Below, one piece after another: positions 1 through 9,500 of a stretch of DNA of 64,000 bases; position 1 is the first letter of the stretch, and each line of letters opens with the position of its first letter. The notes beneath the pieces were generated by a model. It saw only the letters and a list, made by a program, of their open reading frames with translations, had not been told where the DNA came from and searched no databases. Origin of the DNA: a bacterium (GTDB lineage: Bacteria > Pseudomonadota > Gammaproteobacteria > Pseudomonadales > Moraxellaceae). The stretch spans positions 446,710-510,709 of the forward strand of contig JAQSDB010000008.1 in NCBI GenBank assembly GCA_029945725.1, given 5' to 3'. The position numbers were made by a program, and so were the translations under genes.

Positions 1-144
1 CGCTCATTAAACCTGGCAGCCGGCGTTTCATCGTCAACGCTGCCTGAGTAGCTCGCTCGTTTCTTCCCATCACCTTCCTCCCCCGTCCAACTAATGCCCG
101 GCACGCTAATTCCGCTGCCGGGCTTTTGCTTTTTGGAGAAACCC

Positions 145-351
145 ATGCAACCACTTTTGCAATTGCTTCGCTGGGAGAGCGCCATCATCACCCGGCTCGA
201 ATCTGCACTTCAGATCGAGCGGCAAGCCGCCTCTCAGCTGCTGGATGCCAATCCGGTGCTTGTCCGCAAAGCCTGGCACTCCCAACTCAGCGCCCAGGAC
301 ACCGCCGACAAACTCATTACTCTCAGCAGCCAGGAGAAAACTCATGATTAA
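145..351 (+). CDS. small hypothetical protein (68 aa)
   Basis: ATG at 145 is preceded by GGAGA (135-139). The stop at 349-351 overlaps the ATG of the next gene by 8 nt. No recognisable motif. Confidence 0.35.
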   Translation: MQPLLQLLRWESAIITRLESALQIERQAASQLLDANPVLVRKAWHSQLSAQDTADKLITLSSQEKTHD

Positions 352-1264
352 GGGCCTCGCCATTACGCCGCCTGTGCTCGGACGTATCTCGATTGGCCGT
401 GTGGTGGAAAAGCACGGCAAGCGTCTTCCTGAAAAGGATGATCAATTCACCATCACCACGCAGGTGCAGAACAAGGAGGGCTGGGTACTGCATCCCCTGG
501 ATGAAAAGCTACGTGCAAATGCTCCGACTAAAAAGTTGCGCAGCATTCCCGTTCACATGCTCTTCAATGATCCTGATCTCAACCTGCGGGCCGAATACAC
601 GATGTTCGACCGCAGCAAAGGGCGACCGTTGTGTGTTGGCAATGGCGAAGTATGTCGCCGGGTCAGCAAGTCCGGTGTTGAAACACTGCCCTGCCCTTCA
701 CCCGATGCCTGTGAGGTCGGACGTGAGGGTGCCTGCAAACCCTATGGCCGGCTCAACGTTCGCATTGGCGATGAGAAAGACATGGGCACGTTCATTTTTC
801 GCACCACAGGATTCAACAGCATTCGCACGTTGACCGCTCGTCTCGCCTACTTCAAAGCCATCTCCGGAGACCGGCTGGCCTGTATGCCGCTCACGCTGGT
901 CTTACGCGGCAAGAGCACAACGCAAAGCCATCGCGCCCCCATCTACTTTGTGGACCTTGCTGTACGTGACGGGATGTCGCTGGACGATGCTGTCATTCAG
1001 GCCGTGGAGGCAGACCAGAAGCGAAAGGAATGCGGACTGGATCAGGAAGCGCTGGATCGTGCCGCCAAATCCGGTTTTTCCAACGGGCTGTTTGAAGACT
1101 CGGTCGAAGAGCGCGCCGATGTGATGGCGGAGTTCTATCCGGAGAGTGATGGGAGCGACACCAACAACGCTCCCTCAAATATCAGCACGGCACCTATCGG
1201 CCTCAAAGCCAAATTGGGTGCCCGCGTACAACAAACCGCCACAAGCACCGGAGATGAAACTTGA
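344..1264 (+). CDS. conserved island-backbone hypothetical protein, Cys-rich (306 aa from ATG 344)
   Basis: ATG 344 has AGGAG at 332-336; the longer track ORF from 245 has no RBS. There is a central Cys cluster (CVGNGEVC ... CPSPDACEVGREGAC). It lies directly upstream of radC, as in integrative-element backbones. I cannot name the family. Confidence 0.7.
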   Translation: MIKGLAITPPVLGRISIGRVVEKHGKRLPEKDDQFTITTQVQNKEGWVLHPLDEKLRANAPTKKLRSIPVHMLFNDPDLNLRAEYTMFDRSKGRPLCVGNGEVCRRVSKSGVETLPCPSPDACEVGREGACKPYGRLNVRIGDEKDMGTFIFRTTGFNSIRTLTARLAYFKAISGDRLACMPLTLVLRGKSTTQSHRAPIYFVDLAVRDGMSLDDAVIQAVEADQKRKECGLDQEALDRAAKSGFSNGLFEDSVEERADVMAEFYPESDGSDTNNAPSNISTAPIGLKAKLGARVQQTATSTGDET

Positions 1265-1776
1265 GACGCAATAAGGAAGAAAGCCCGCCTCTCATTACGG
1301 GCTTACTGATGGAGGATGGCAAAGGCGGCTATATCCCGGCTACAGCAGAAAGGATTCTGGCAATGGCACGGGCCGTAGCAGAACAACGCCTCGCGAAAGG
1401 AGTCAGCCTCGACTCACCCAATGTCGTTCGTGAGTGCCTGCCGGCACTGCTGGGCGCCTACAGCGAGGAGCGGTTCGGGGTGTTGTTTCTGGACAGTCAG
1501 AACAAGCTGATTGCCTATGAAGAAATGTTCCGGGGAACACTGGGCTCAACGACAGTGCATCCCCGGGAAATCGCGAAAGCAGCACTCGGCCACCATGCCG
1601 CTTCCGTGATCCTGGCTCACAATCACCCTTCTGGTTCGCGAGAGCCGAGTCAGGCCGACATCCAGATTACCCAGCGCATCAAGGAGGCATTAGGGCTGCT
1701 GGAGATCAAGATAACGGATCACTTCATCACCACCGGCACAGGTACGGTGTCGATGGCAGAAAAGGGGCTCATTTGA
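1261..1776 (+). CDS. radC: RadC-like JAB/MPN domain protein
   Basis: JAMM motif HNHPSGSREPSQAD plus EVHPREI-type core. Size is similar to the island-borne RadC paralogues YkfG/YeeS. The TTG start at 1261 has GGAG 7 nt upstream and overlaps the previous stop; ATG 1308 is an alternative start. Confidence 0.9.
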   Translation: MRRNKEESPPLITGLLMEDGKGGYIPATAERILAMARAVAEQRLAKGVSLDSPNVVRECLPALLGAYSEERFGVLFLDSQNKLIAYEEMFRGTLGSTTVHPREIAKAALGHHAASVILAHNHPSGSREPSQADIQITQRIKEALGLLEIKITDHFITTGTGTVSMAEKGLI

Positions 1777-1788
1777 GCCTCTTTTTTT
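1763..1788 (+). terminator. rho-independent terminator after radC
   Basis: 8-bp stem AGGGGCTC / GAGCCTCT (one G-U pair), loop ATTT, followed by T7 (1782-1788). It overlaps the radC stop codon. Confidence 0.6.
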
Positions 1789-2021
1789 GGATTTCGCCGT
1801 GTAATCATGCACTCATAGTACAACCATCAACCTAAACGCCTTGAGACTGTGCTTGGATCAAGACTGATGCTGCTATTTTAGTCCGACGGCTACGACCCAA
1901 GCCATAGTGGCGTTGGTTCTGCAATGCCGACCATTAGCGTCCACTAACCCCTCATTGCGACTTCAAACCCTAGCTTCCTGTCAGTAAAAACAGGTATTAC
2001 CTCATCTGATACTTGAAAGAA

Positions 2022-3830
2022 TCACGATTTCCCAATTTCTCTTAGGATGTTAGCCAGATGCAATGATCGCATTTCAACGAATGTGTTAAACGATGAAAAA
2101 TCAAGCGGTGCCCCATCAGGAATCAACAGACCATCAAGACTGAGACCCTTTTGCTCCTTGAGCCAATCAGAAAACGGCCGATCTTGCTTCGATTTGTTTC
2201 TGGATTCCTCCAAGAGATGGAGGTTGACGATACTGTTCCAGTTTTCGCGGTTCTGGAAAAACTCGAACGCTTCTGGTTTTCCTTTCAAGAATTCGCACTG
2301 AGACAGCCTGTCCTGGTTGAAAGATGCCGCTGGATGAATGTGGTCCTTCTGCAGTGCCCGTGTGTAGTCGAGGTCCGGCATGAGTAATGCCAAGATTGAG
2401 AAACACGACGCGTCATCTTTCTGGGTTTTGAGCAATCGGCTGATGAAGTCATCATCGAAAAGCAGATCCTTGCTATGCCCCCGATAGCCCTCAATGATCT
2501 TCTTCAACGGGAATGCCGCTTCAGACATATTGGCTTTGATGATCTTGCGCAAATTCGTCAGCAGTGCATCCCCTTGGCCGCCGAAAACGCCTTTGAGCAG
2601 TGACATGTGCAACCACTGCCGAATGAGTTTTCGATCCTGGATATGAAATGCTTGCTTGTTGATGCCTGAAAATATCCCCTTCTTGCCTGCGGAGGCATCG
2701 CGCCCTTTGTGGTACAGGTAGTAGGCAATAGGAATGGCTGCGTTCTTTGCACGAAGAGATGCATCGTTGAGGCCAAACGACCGGATCAGTCGAAACGTCT
2801 CCAAGATGCAGGCACTGATTTCATCCCATTCACTCTCAATTCTGGCCACCTGCGCACCGGCGAAGTTTTCGACCTTGAAGCGGATATCGGCATCTGTCAA
2901 AGCCAGTGCCGCCTTCAATACCCAGTCACGATCAATCGAGAACTCCATGTCAGAGCCAAACCTGACCTTGTCTACCAGATCGTCAATCTGCTGACGCGCA
3001 TCCTTCTTCCAGTTCGCGATGGCAATTGACATCAGCAAATCGGAGAATGACAGGGGCGTGCCGCCGTGATTGGTACGAATGAAGATATCCAGAACGTGGT
3101 CGATCTTCTGGCTCGTCTCGTTGTAGTAATGAATCAACGTGTCACGTCTAACAGCGAAATAAAGCCGCGTCAGAGTCTTTCTGGCATATGCGTTCGATGA
3201 CATTCCAACCTTTTCCAGGTGAGCCATGACTACGTCCAGTGCCTGATCTGCCGTCTCTACCTCTTCGAGGTCTAATACATCACCGACAAGAAACCAGCAT
3301 TTCCCGTTGGTAGCTTTTTCTCGTTCTTGCTTGGTCAGGAAGGAGAACTCATAAGACATCATCTCCTCATTACGCTCTTCGTCCAAGGGCGCAGCGATAT
3401 TCAAATAGAGCCGCCTCGGGGGCAAAACAGAATCGTCCTGAGTCTTTGGCCACCACTTGCGCGGCAACCTGTACGCGTAGGTGCCTTTCAGACCGATGTA
3501 AAGCGAGGTCAGTCGCTGTTGACCGTCGATGACGGCCTGGAAGTTACCATGGCCCTTGGTATCGAAGTCAGGGTTGTTCTCGCCGAATCTTTCACAGTAT
3601 TTTTCCAGGAACTGGTAGAAGCGGAAGTTGCTTTTGACCTCCGCATCAGTCACCTCCCAGAACATGAATGTGTTGATGGGATAACCACGCATGATCGAAT
3701 CGAACAGTACTTCGATCTGGGATGTGCTCCATGTGAACTTTCGCTGTATCGCGGGCAAGAGATACCGGCGAGAGACAATATTCTGGATTGCCTTGCCGAT
3801 AGAGATGGCCTTTTCGTACTCGCCTGACAT
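2022..3830 (-). CDS. DUF262 + DUF1524 (GmrSD-like) type IV restriction / modification-dependent nuclease candidate
   Basis: N-terminal DUF262 signature (IQRKFTW ... DGQQRLTSL). C-terminal His-Me finger-like DUF1524 (DHIHPAASF ... NLHLLEESRNKSK). By eye its GC is lower than the adjacent DISARM genes. Confidence 0.85.
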   Translation of the reverse strand: MSGEYEKAISIGKAIQNIVSRRYLLPAIQRKFTWSTSQIEVLFDSIMRGYPINTFMFWEVTDAEVKSNFRFYQFLEKYCERFGENNPDFDTKGHGNFQAVIDGQQRLTSLYIGLKGTYAYRLPRKWWPKTQDDSVLPPRRLYLNIAAPLDEERNEEMMSYEFSFLTKQEREKATNGKCWFLVGDVLDLEEVETADQALDVVMAHLEKVGMSSNAYARKTLTRLYFAVRRDTLIHYYNETSQKIDHVLDIFIRTNHGGTPLSFSDLLMSIAIANWKKDARQQIDDLVDKVRFGSDMEFSIDRDWVLKAALALTDADIRFKVENFAGAQVARIESEWDEISACILETFRLIRSFGLNDASLRAKNAAIPIAYYLYHKGRDASAGKKGIFSGINKQAFHIQDRKLIRQWLHMSLLKGVFGGQGDALLTNLRKIIKANMSEAAFPLKKIIEGYRGHSKDLLFDDDFISRLLKTQKDDASCFSILALLMPDLDYTRALQKDHIHPAASFNQDRLSQCEFLKGKPEAFEFFQNRENWNSIVNLHLLEESRNKSKQDRPFSDWLKEQKGLSLDGLLIPDGAPLDFSSFNTFVEMRSLHLANILREIGKS

Positions 3831-3883
3831 TCAATATTCCTTATTTCGATACAAGCCCAGCAGACGCCTTACACGCAGCATCG

Positions 3884-4645
3884 TCAAACCGGAGAGACAA
3901 TTTTCGTGTCGACGAGTGAGCGCAGGTGTTCATCAAGCAGCTTTGCAATGCGCCCGCCAGAGATCAGAACACCGGCCTCCATGTTCTTTTCCATGGCGTG
4001 CCCGGTCAGGTTCGCGCTGGTGATGAAACACATTCTGCCGTCTGCGACAGCGACTTTGGCGTGAACGCGGCCGTCGGAAAACGGATCGGCCTTGTCGCGC
4101 CAGGCATAGAGATTGGCGGCCGGAACCAGCGTCCTCATTTTGCCTATCGCGTCGAAGGTAATGCTGCCGCCATGCTCTTGGGACAACTCAAGCAGCATTG
4201 ATATGGCCACACCGCGATCATTTGCCGCGTTCAGCGCCTTTACGATGGTGGACACGTCGTAGGCCACGAAACTGGTAATGAACAACGATTGTTCTGCGGA
4301 GTTGACGACCTGCAGCAGCGCCTGCTCTGTTCGACGCGCCGATACGAAAGGCGTCGTCGGGCCAGTCCACACGAGTTCGGTGGACTGCTCAGAAGCGGCT
4401 TTGGCGTAAACGTGGCTGGCAGCGATAAGCATTAATGCCAGTTCGTCTGAACCAACCTTTGTGTTTTGCCAGGCTCCCGCAAGCTGCTCGACCACGCTGC
4501 TGGCCACCGTGGTTCCCACCACGCTCGGCAACACCGTCGCGGCCTTGCTGGCATCGGTTCGACGAACGCGAGCGGCAACGGCCTGAACCTTTTCCGGCGA
4601 AACCAAAGAGACCAGGGCTGCAATGGCATCCAAGAGATCATCCAT
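3884..4645 (-). CDS. drmC: DISARM DrmC, phospholipase D-family nuclease
   Basis: PLD HxK(x)4D motif HAKVAVAD followed by TSAN. Its ATG lies 1 nt after the drmB stop (TGAcATG). Confidence 0.85.
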   Translation of the reverse strand: MDDLLDAIAALVSLVSPEKVQAVAARVRRTDASKAATVLPSVVGTTVASSVVEQLAGAWQNTKVGSDELALMLIAASHVYAKAASEQSTELVWTGPTTPFVSARRTEQALLQVVNSAEQSLFITSFVAYDVSTIVKALNAANDRGVAISMLLELSQEHGGSITFDAIGKMRTLVPAANLYAWRDKADPFSDGRVHAKVAVADGRMCFITSANLTGHAMEKNMEAGVLISGGRIAKLLDEHLRSLVDTKIVSPV

Positions 4646-4646
4646 G

Positions 4647-6506
4647 TCAGAAGCCCTTGAAGAATGCTGCGTCAGTACGTTCCAGTGTAGGTACCAGCAG
4701 CGATCGATCTAGATAGCGATTGCCTCGCTCGCAGGATGTTTCTGCCACCAGTGAGCACGCATGGCAGGCCGCAGCATGCAAAGAGCGGTCTTTCTCCGGA
4801 TCGTGCTCAGAGCAGAGAGGGTCCGACGAGCAGATCTTCGATCGATTCAGTGCTTGCTCAAGCAGGCGACCGAGGTTTTCAGGCTTTCCAAGATCAACGA
4901 GGCCGCCGAGCGTTCCGTCAGAATCCGCCGCTGCGGTATAGATCAGAATGCCTGCCTGTGATTGCTCGCCGGATGTGTCTGCATAAATTCGCTCGCGTAT
5001 GCTCGCTGCGTTGTAGCCGCACTCAAGCGCCAGCTCGCGAATAAGCAAATGCGACAGGGTATGGAGCATGGCGTAGCGAATGCCAGGGTAGCCTTCGTTC
5101 GGATCAAGATGGCGTGAGTTGCGCCATCCCCGGTGACCGCCGCGCAGCATCTGATCAATCTCTTTGACGCCGGCCAATGCCTCCCACTTAACGAGTGCCG
5201 CCTCATCAAACTGAATGAATATGCCCTCGCCATGAACTTGATTCGCAGGAACCCAGTCAGGTTTGCTGCGCGAAAGACTGGCCATTTGTGGCCGCTCATC
5301 GGGGTTACCCGATTCTTCCGGAGCCTCAACGCGAGTGAAGCCCAGCAGTGCGTTTACCTCGCGCAGTCGCTCAAGGAGTAGCACTCTGCTGATGTGAGCA
5401 GTGAATCCTGTTGGCGTGCCGACCTTCTTACTCATGAAGTGCGGGTAGTCGGTTGGCGGGTTCGTCTCTGTCAAAACCTCCCACTCAGGGCCTTTGATGT
5501 CGGCTTCGCCAACGGCGTCCTGATCGCCGCCCGTACGGTGGGCTTCAATGGCAGACCAGATAGCTGATGCGGGGTATTTGTCGATCCCCGGCAGCGCACC
5601 CGTTTTCTTCAACGTCTTCGCCGTGACTGATACTTCTGCCTCAGATTCAAGCTCTTCGAAGAACTCCCATCCATCTTGAATCAGCTGGCTGAGAGGGTCC
5701 TTCGTTTGTGGAATTGCGAGCGCAGAGAGGGTGATCGGAAACCAACTATTTGTGGCGCCCAACAAAACCGCTCGTGCTTCTTCATCACATTCATTATCGA
5801 AGTGATCCAGATGCGGATGGCGCCCACGGCAACCCGGTAGATTCTCTTTACCGGCTTTTCCAAAGGCGTGCGCCATGCTTCTAGACTCTCCACAAGAATC
5901 ACACTTCACCCACAGATTTTCGGTTTGTAGTGACGCTCCGCTCTCGAAGAAACGTAGCGTCCCCTTACATGAGCTAGGTCCAGAGTGTACGAAGTAGTGC
6001 CACGGAAAATCATCCAGGTGACCATCACGGCAGGCTAGAAGGAAACGTGCGGGAACGGCATCCGCATCTTTAGCAGGTTGGTCGCCCTTGGAACCACGGC
6101 AGCCCTTGTGAACGAAACGCGTCCGCTCCGGCCTGAAGCGGTTTTCCTTGATTTCGAACAGTCCGGCATCGAAGGGCGAAAGCAGGCCGCATTTCACGCA
6201 GCGCATCCAGCGTGGGAAAGGTCGAACCGGAACGCCGATGTTCGCTTCGGCCGACCACACATCTGACAATTCGCTCTTCTGGAACGGTGGCATCCGCAGG
6301 TTTTCCACTTGCGAACCCAGAACTTTTCTGACGGCGGCCAACAGCCGGGCCTCTTGGATCGGCTGGCAGCGGTCCTTCTCCCATCTATCAATACCCTGCG
6401 TGACCACGGACAGGCTCGGCAGGTCAATCAATGCGCCCGGTCCATAAGTCCAGAGTAATTGGCTTGGGCGAACTTCTCCCACTGGCGTCTTGTTATTGAT
6501 GATCAT
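4647..6506 (-). CDS. drmB: DISARM DrmB, DUF1998 domain protein
   Basis: C-terminal DUF1998 signature CSSDPLCSEHDP ... HAAACHACSLVAETSCERGN. The start is taken at ATG 6506 (MIINNK), 2 nt after the drmA stop, rather than the longer track ORF from 6545. Confidence 0.9.
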   Translation of the reverse strand: MIINNKTPVGEVRPSQLLWTYGPGALIDLPSLSVVTQGIDRWEKDRCQPIQEARLLAAVRKVLGSQVENLRMPPFQKSELSDVWSAEANIGVPVRPFPRWMRCVKCGLLSPFDAGLFEIKENRFRPERTRFVHKGCRGSKGDQPAKDADAVPARFLLACRDGHLDDFPWHYFVHSGPSSCKGTLRFFESGASLQTENLWVKCDSCGESRSMAHAFGKAGKENLPGCRGRHPHLDHFDNECDEEARAVLLGATNSWFPITLSALAIPQTKDPLSQLIQDGWEFFEELESEAEVSVTAKTLKKTGALPGIDKYPASAIWSAIEAHRTGGDQDAVGEADIKGPEWEVLTETNPPTDYPHFMSKKVGTPTGFTAHISRVLLLERLREVNALLGFTRVEAPEESGNPDERPQMASLSRSKPDWVPANQVHGEGIFIQFDEAALVKWEALAGVKEIDQMLRGGHRGWRNSRHLDPNEGYPGIRYAMLHTLSHLLIRELALECGYNAASIRERIYADTSGEQSQAGILIYTAAADSDGTLGGLVDLGKPENLGRLLEQALNRSKICSSDPLCSEHDPEKDRSLHAAACHACSLVAETSCERGNRYLDRSLLVPTLERTDAAFFKGF

Positions 6507-6508
6507 GT

Positions 6509-9500
6509 TTAATCCTCGTCCTTCGTTACAGGGCGAGGCCTCCACTCATGGTCGTCCGTAATGTGGCTCGTATTCATAATCAAACGTACGCCTGGCTCAA
6601 CCTCTCGCATCGACATCGGCACCGTCCAGTTGTCCCATGCCTGAATGCCGGGTGACTTGATCAGCGCGACAGTCGTATCTTTGTTTGGGCCGCGCTTCTC
6701 ATACGCCAATATCCGGCCGCCTTTGCTGACCTCTTTGGCCCATTCATCAGCACGCTCTTTGAGTTCCTGATCAGCCAGATTTTTGGTGCTTGATAGATCA
6801 CTTACGCCCCATGCCCTCTTGACCAGCACGTCAATGGCATCAGTGATCTCTGCCTGATCTGATTTATTCAGCTGGCCAGCTCCCTCATTAGGACTGAATA
6901 CATCGTTCTCAAGGCGCATCAAACTCAGCATCGCGCCCGTCAAACCCCTGTCCATCGCGCGCGGTGAGAATGGCGTTACCGATTGCGCCTCGACGTGTTT
7001 ATAGAACGTGGCGTGGTAATGCTCGAAGGTTTCGTAATGCGACAGGTCGCGCGGTCTGGCCCAAGTCAGCACCGTGCAAACCAAGCCTGGGAAGGAGCGC
7101 CCGACACGACTGGTGGCCTGAATGTATTCGGCGGTTCCCTTAGGCTGCCCGTTCACAGCCATGAGCCCGAGTCGATTCACGTCGACACCCACCGAAAGCA
7201 TGTTCGTCGCCAGCACCACATCAATGGCACGAGTGTCACCTTCCTGCCAGCGGGTCACGTACTTGCCGGTTGCTGTATCGAACTCGGACTTGAACTTGAC
7301 CTCTAGGTTATCGAGGTACTTGGGGATGTCCTGGCTTGATACTCGAGATGTCAGCTCACGGATATTGCTGATGCTGCGTTGTGCCAGTGCGGGCCGCTCC
7401 ACCATGCTCATCTGCACGCGATAGGAGCGTGTCTGCACGTCGTCCTCTGCCAGCCGCTTCATGCCGCCCAACTCGCGCAGGGAGTTGAAGTAGCCGACCA
7501 TGGTCATGTACGGGTCGGCGGGTTCGCCAAAGTGGTCGAACAGTTCCTGCGCTGCCGTCAAAAACGCGGTGTAGACGCGGATCAACATCGCTGGGCGCGA
7601 ACTGCCGGGAGAGCAAACGCCGAGGTAACGCCGTCCCGGCTTGTCTTCGATCGGGCGTTGCACCGAGAAGAAGTTGTCTTCCACATCCAGACCGTGAGGT
7701 GGAAACACCGAAACACGGCGCATGAAGACGTTGTTCACTTGCTCCTTGGCTTTGCGCACCGTCGCCGTGGAGGCAATGATCTTCGGTTTGACCGTTTTGC
7801 CATTGAGCGTCCAGCCGCACAGTTCATCCACGGCAGTCTCATACAAGCCCACCATGGTGCCCAGCGGCCCACTGATCAGGTGGAACTCATCCTGAATGAT
7901 CAAATCGGGCGGGCGAATCGGGTTGATGGTCTTTACCTTTGAAGAAGGAAGGCCCTTGCCAGCCTGGTGGTTACCATTGCAATCGGCACCGTGCCAAAGC
8001 AGTCCGTGGCGCTCACATTCCTGGCCCACGCGACCAAACAGTGTGCGCACCTGACCACGCCACGCCATCATGGCGAACTTGTCCACGGTGGCAATCATCA
8101 TCGTGGGTGGGCGGTGGTAGATCTCTTCGTCGACCACCAGCACCGGAATCCCCGGATGTGGCTGTTTGCTGGACTTGCCCTTGGAAAAATCGCAGCGGCC
8201 TTTCTTGTCGCCGCAGTAGACGAAGGTTCGGCCAGAGACTTTGTCGACCTCCACGTCGCGCCCAGGGGCCACTTCCGAGCCACACCATGGGCAACTGGTG
8301 AGCTGCGCGGGTGATGCCGCACCGGCGTTGTATTTGCCAGGGTTGCGCACATCCTCAATGGCGCGGTGGCTGTCCTCGGTCGTGCCCGGCGTTACCTTAT
8401 TGCCAACCCAAAGGCCGATGGTGAAAGGTTCCGTGCCAAGGGATTTATCACCTTTTTCCACTGCTTCACGTCGCAACATTTCCATTGCGCAAATCAGTGC
8501 AGTGGCGCGCTGGAATTGTTGCAGTGTCAGTAAGCGAAGTGTGTAACGCATGATCACGGCCAAACCGCGTGAGCTGTCGTAGCCGCCAAGATTGCCCTGC
8601 ATGCGCCGAATGGCCATGGTGAACGCCGCCACGCCTAAATAGGCCTCGGTCTTGCCACCGCCGGTGGGAAACCACAGCAAATCAGCGTAGGCCTCAACAG
8701 GCTCAACACGATCCGGGTGGCTTGGGTCTGCCAGCGAGGGGATTGAGAGCAGCAAAAACGCCAACTGGAATGGGCGCCAACTGCGGTTTTTCAGCACATC
8801 GAACTTGTCGATGGTGACATCCTCGCCTCGGCGCATGGCCAGCGCGTATTGGCTGCGCACACGTTGCGTTGCCATCGCTTGATTGGCGAACCGGAAGGCG
8901 GCCAGTGCTTTCTCATTACTCTTTAGCGTATCGATACCCTGCCGCAAGCGTGTGTGGATTTCCTGGCAGCGATCCATCGCTTGTTGCGACTGCGCTTCGT
9001 AGCCGGTGACTTCATCTCCAACGCGAGCGCGCTGCTCATTGATCCACGTGTCGTAATCCTGGGTCAGCATACTCAATGCCTCAACCAGCGGGTCAATTTC
9101 TAGAGTCGCTAATCGCTGCATATCGAGCAGGCCACTGCTGACCATCTCGCGCATCGCCGGGCGGTCGGATGGATCAAGCCCGGGTGTTTCCGTTACCTGC
9201 ACCTCGTACTGTGGCATCACCGTGGTACGCACCTCGGTAGCCAATGTCACGTCATCTGCAGTTTCGGCATGGACGGCAACGCCATGGCCCACGGCGAATT
9301 CGACACGGTTGCGGTAGATCATCTCTAGCGCTTCACGCTCGGGATCCATACCGTCTGCATCCAGCACCGGCCTGCGCCGGAAGATGGCACGCTTGGAAGC
9401 ACCCGTCTCAGAGCGAACGATTAGCTCGGGCTGGAAGACCCACGCCTCATCTCGGTTAGTTTTCGGCTCCTCCTGTGCATTCACCAGAAACAACGTGACC

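Noticed and set aside
245-343. N-terminal extension of the 339-aa track ORF, and the antisense ORF 106-420.
   Set aside because: The extension overlaps the better-supported small ORF 145-351 and has no RBS. ATG 344 has AGGAG upstream and begins a conserved-looking N-terminus.
6509-6545. Apparent 37-nt overlap of drmA and drmB in the ORF track.
   Set aside because: It is an artefact of the longest-ORF rule. The internal ATG at 6506 lies 2 nt after the drmA stop and starts the conserved MIINNK N-terminus.
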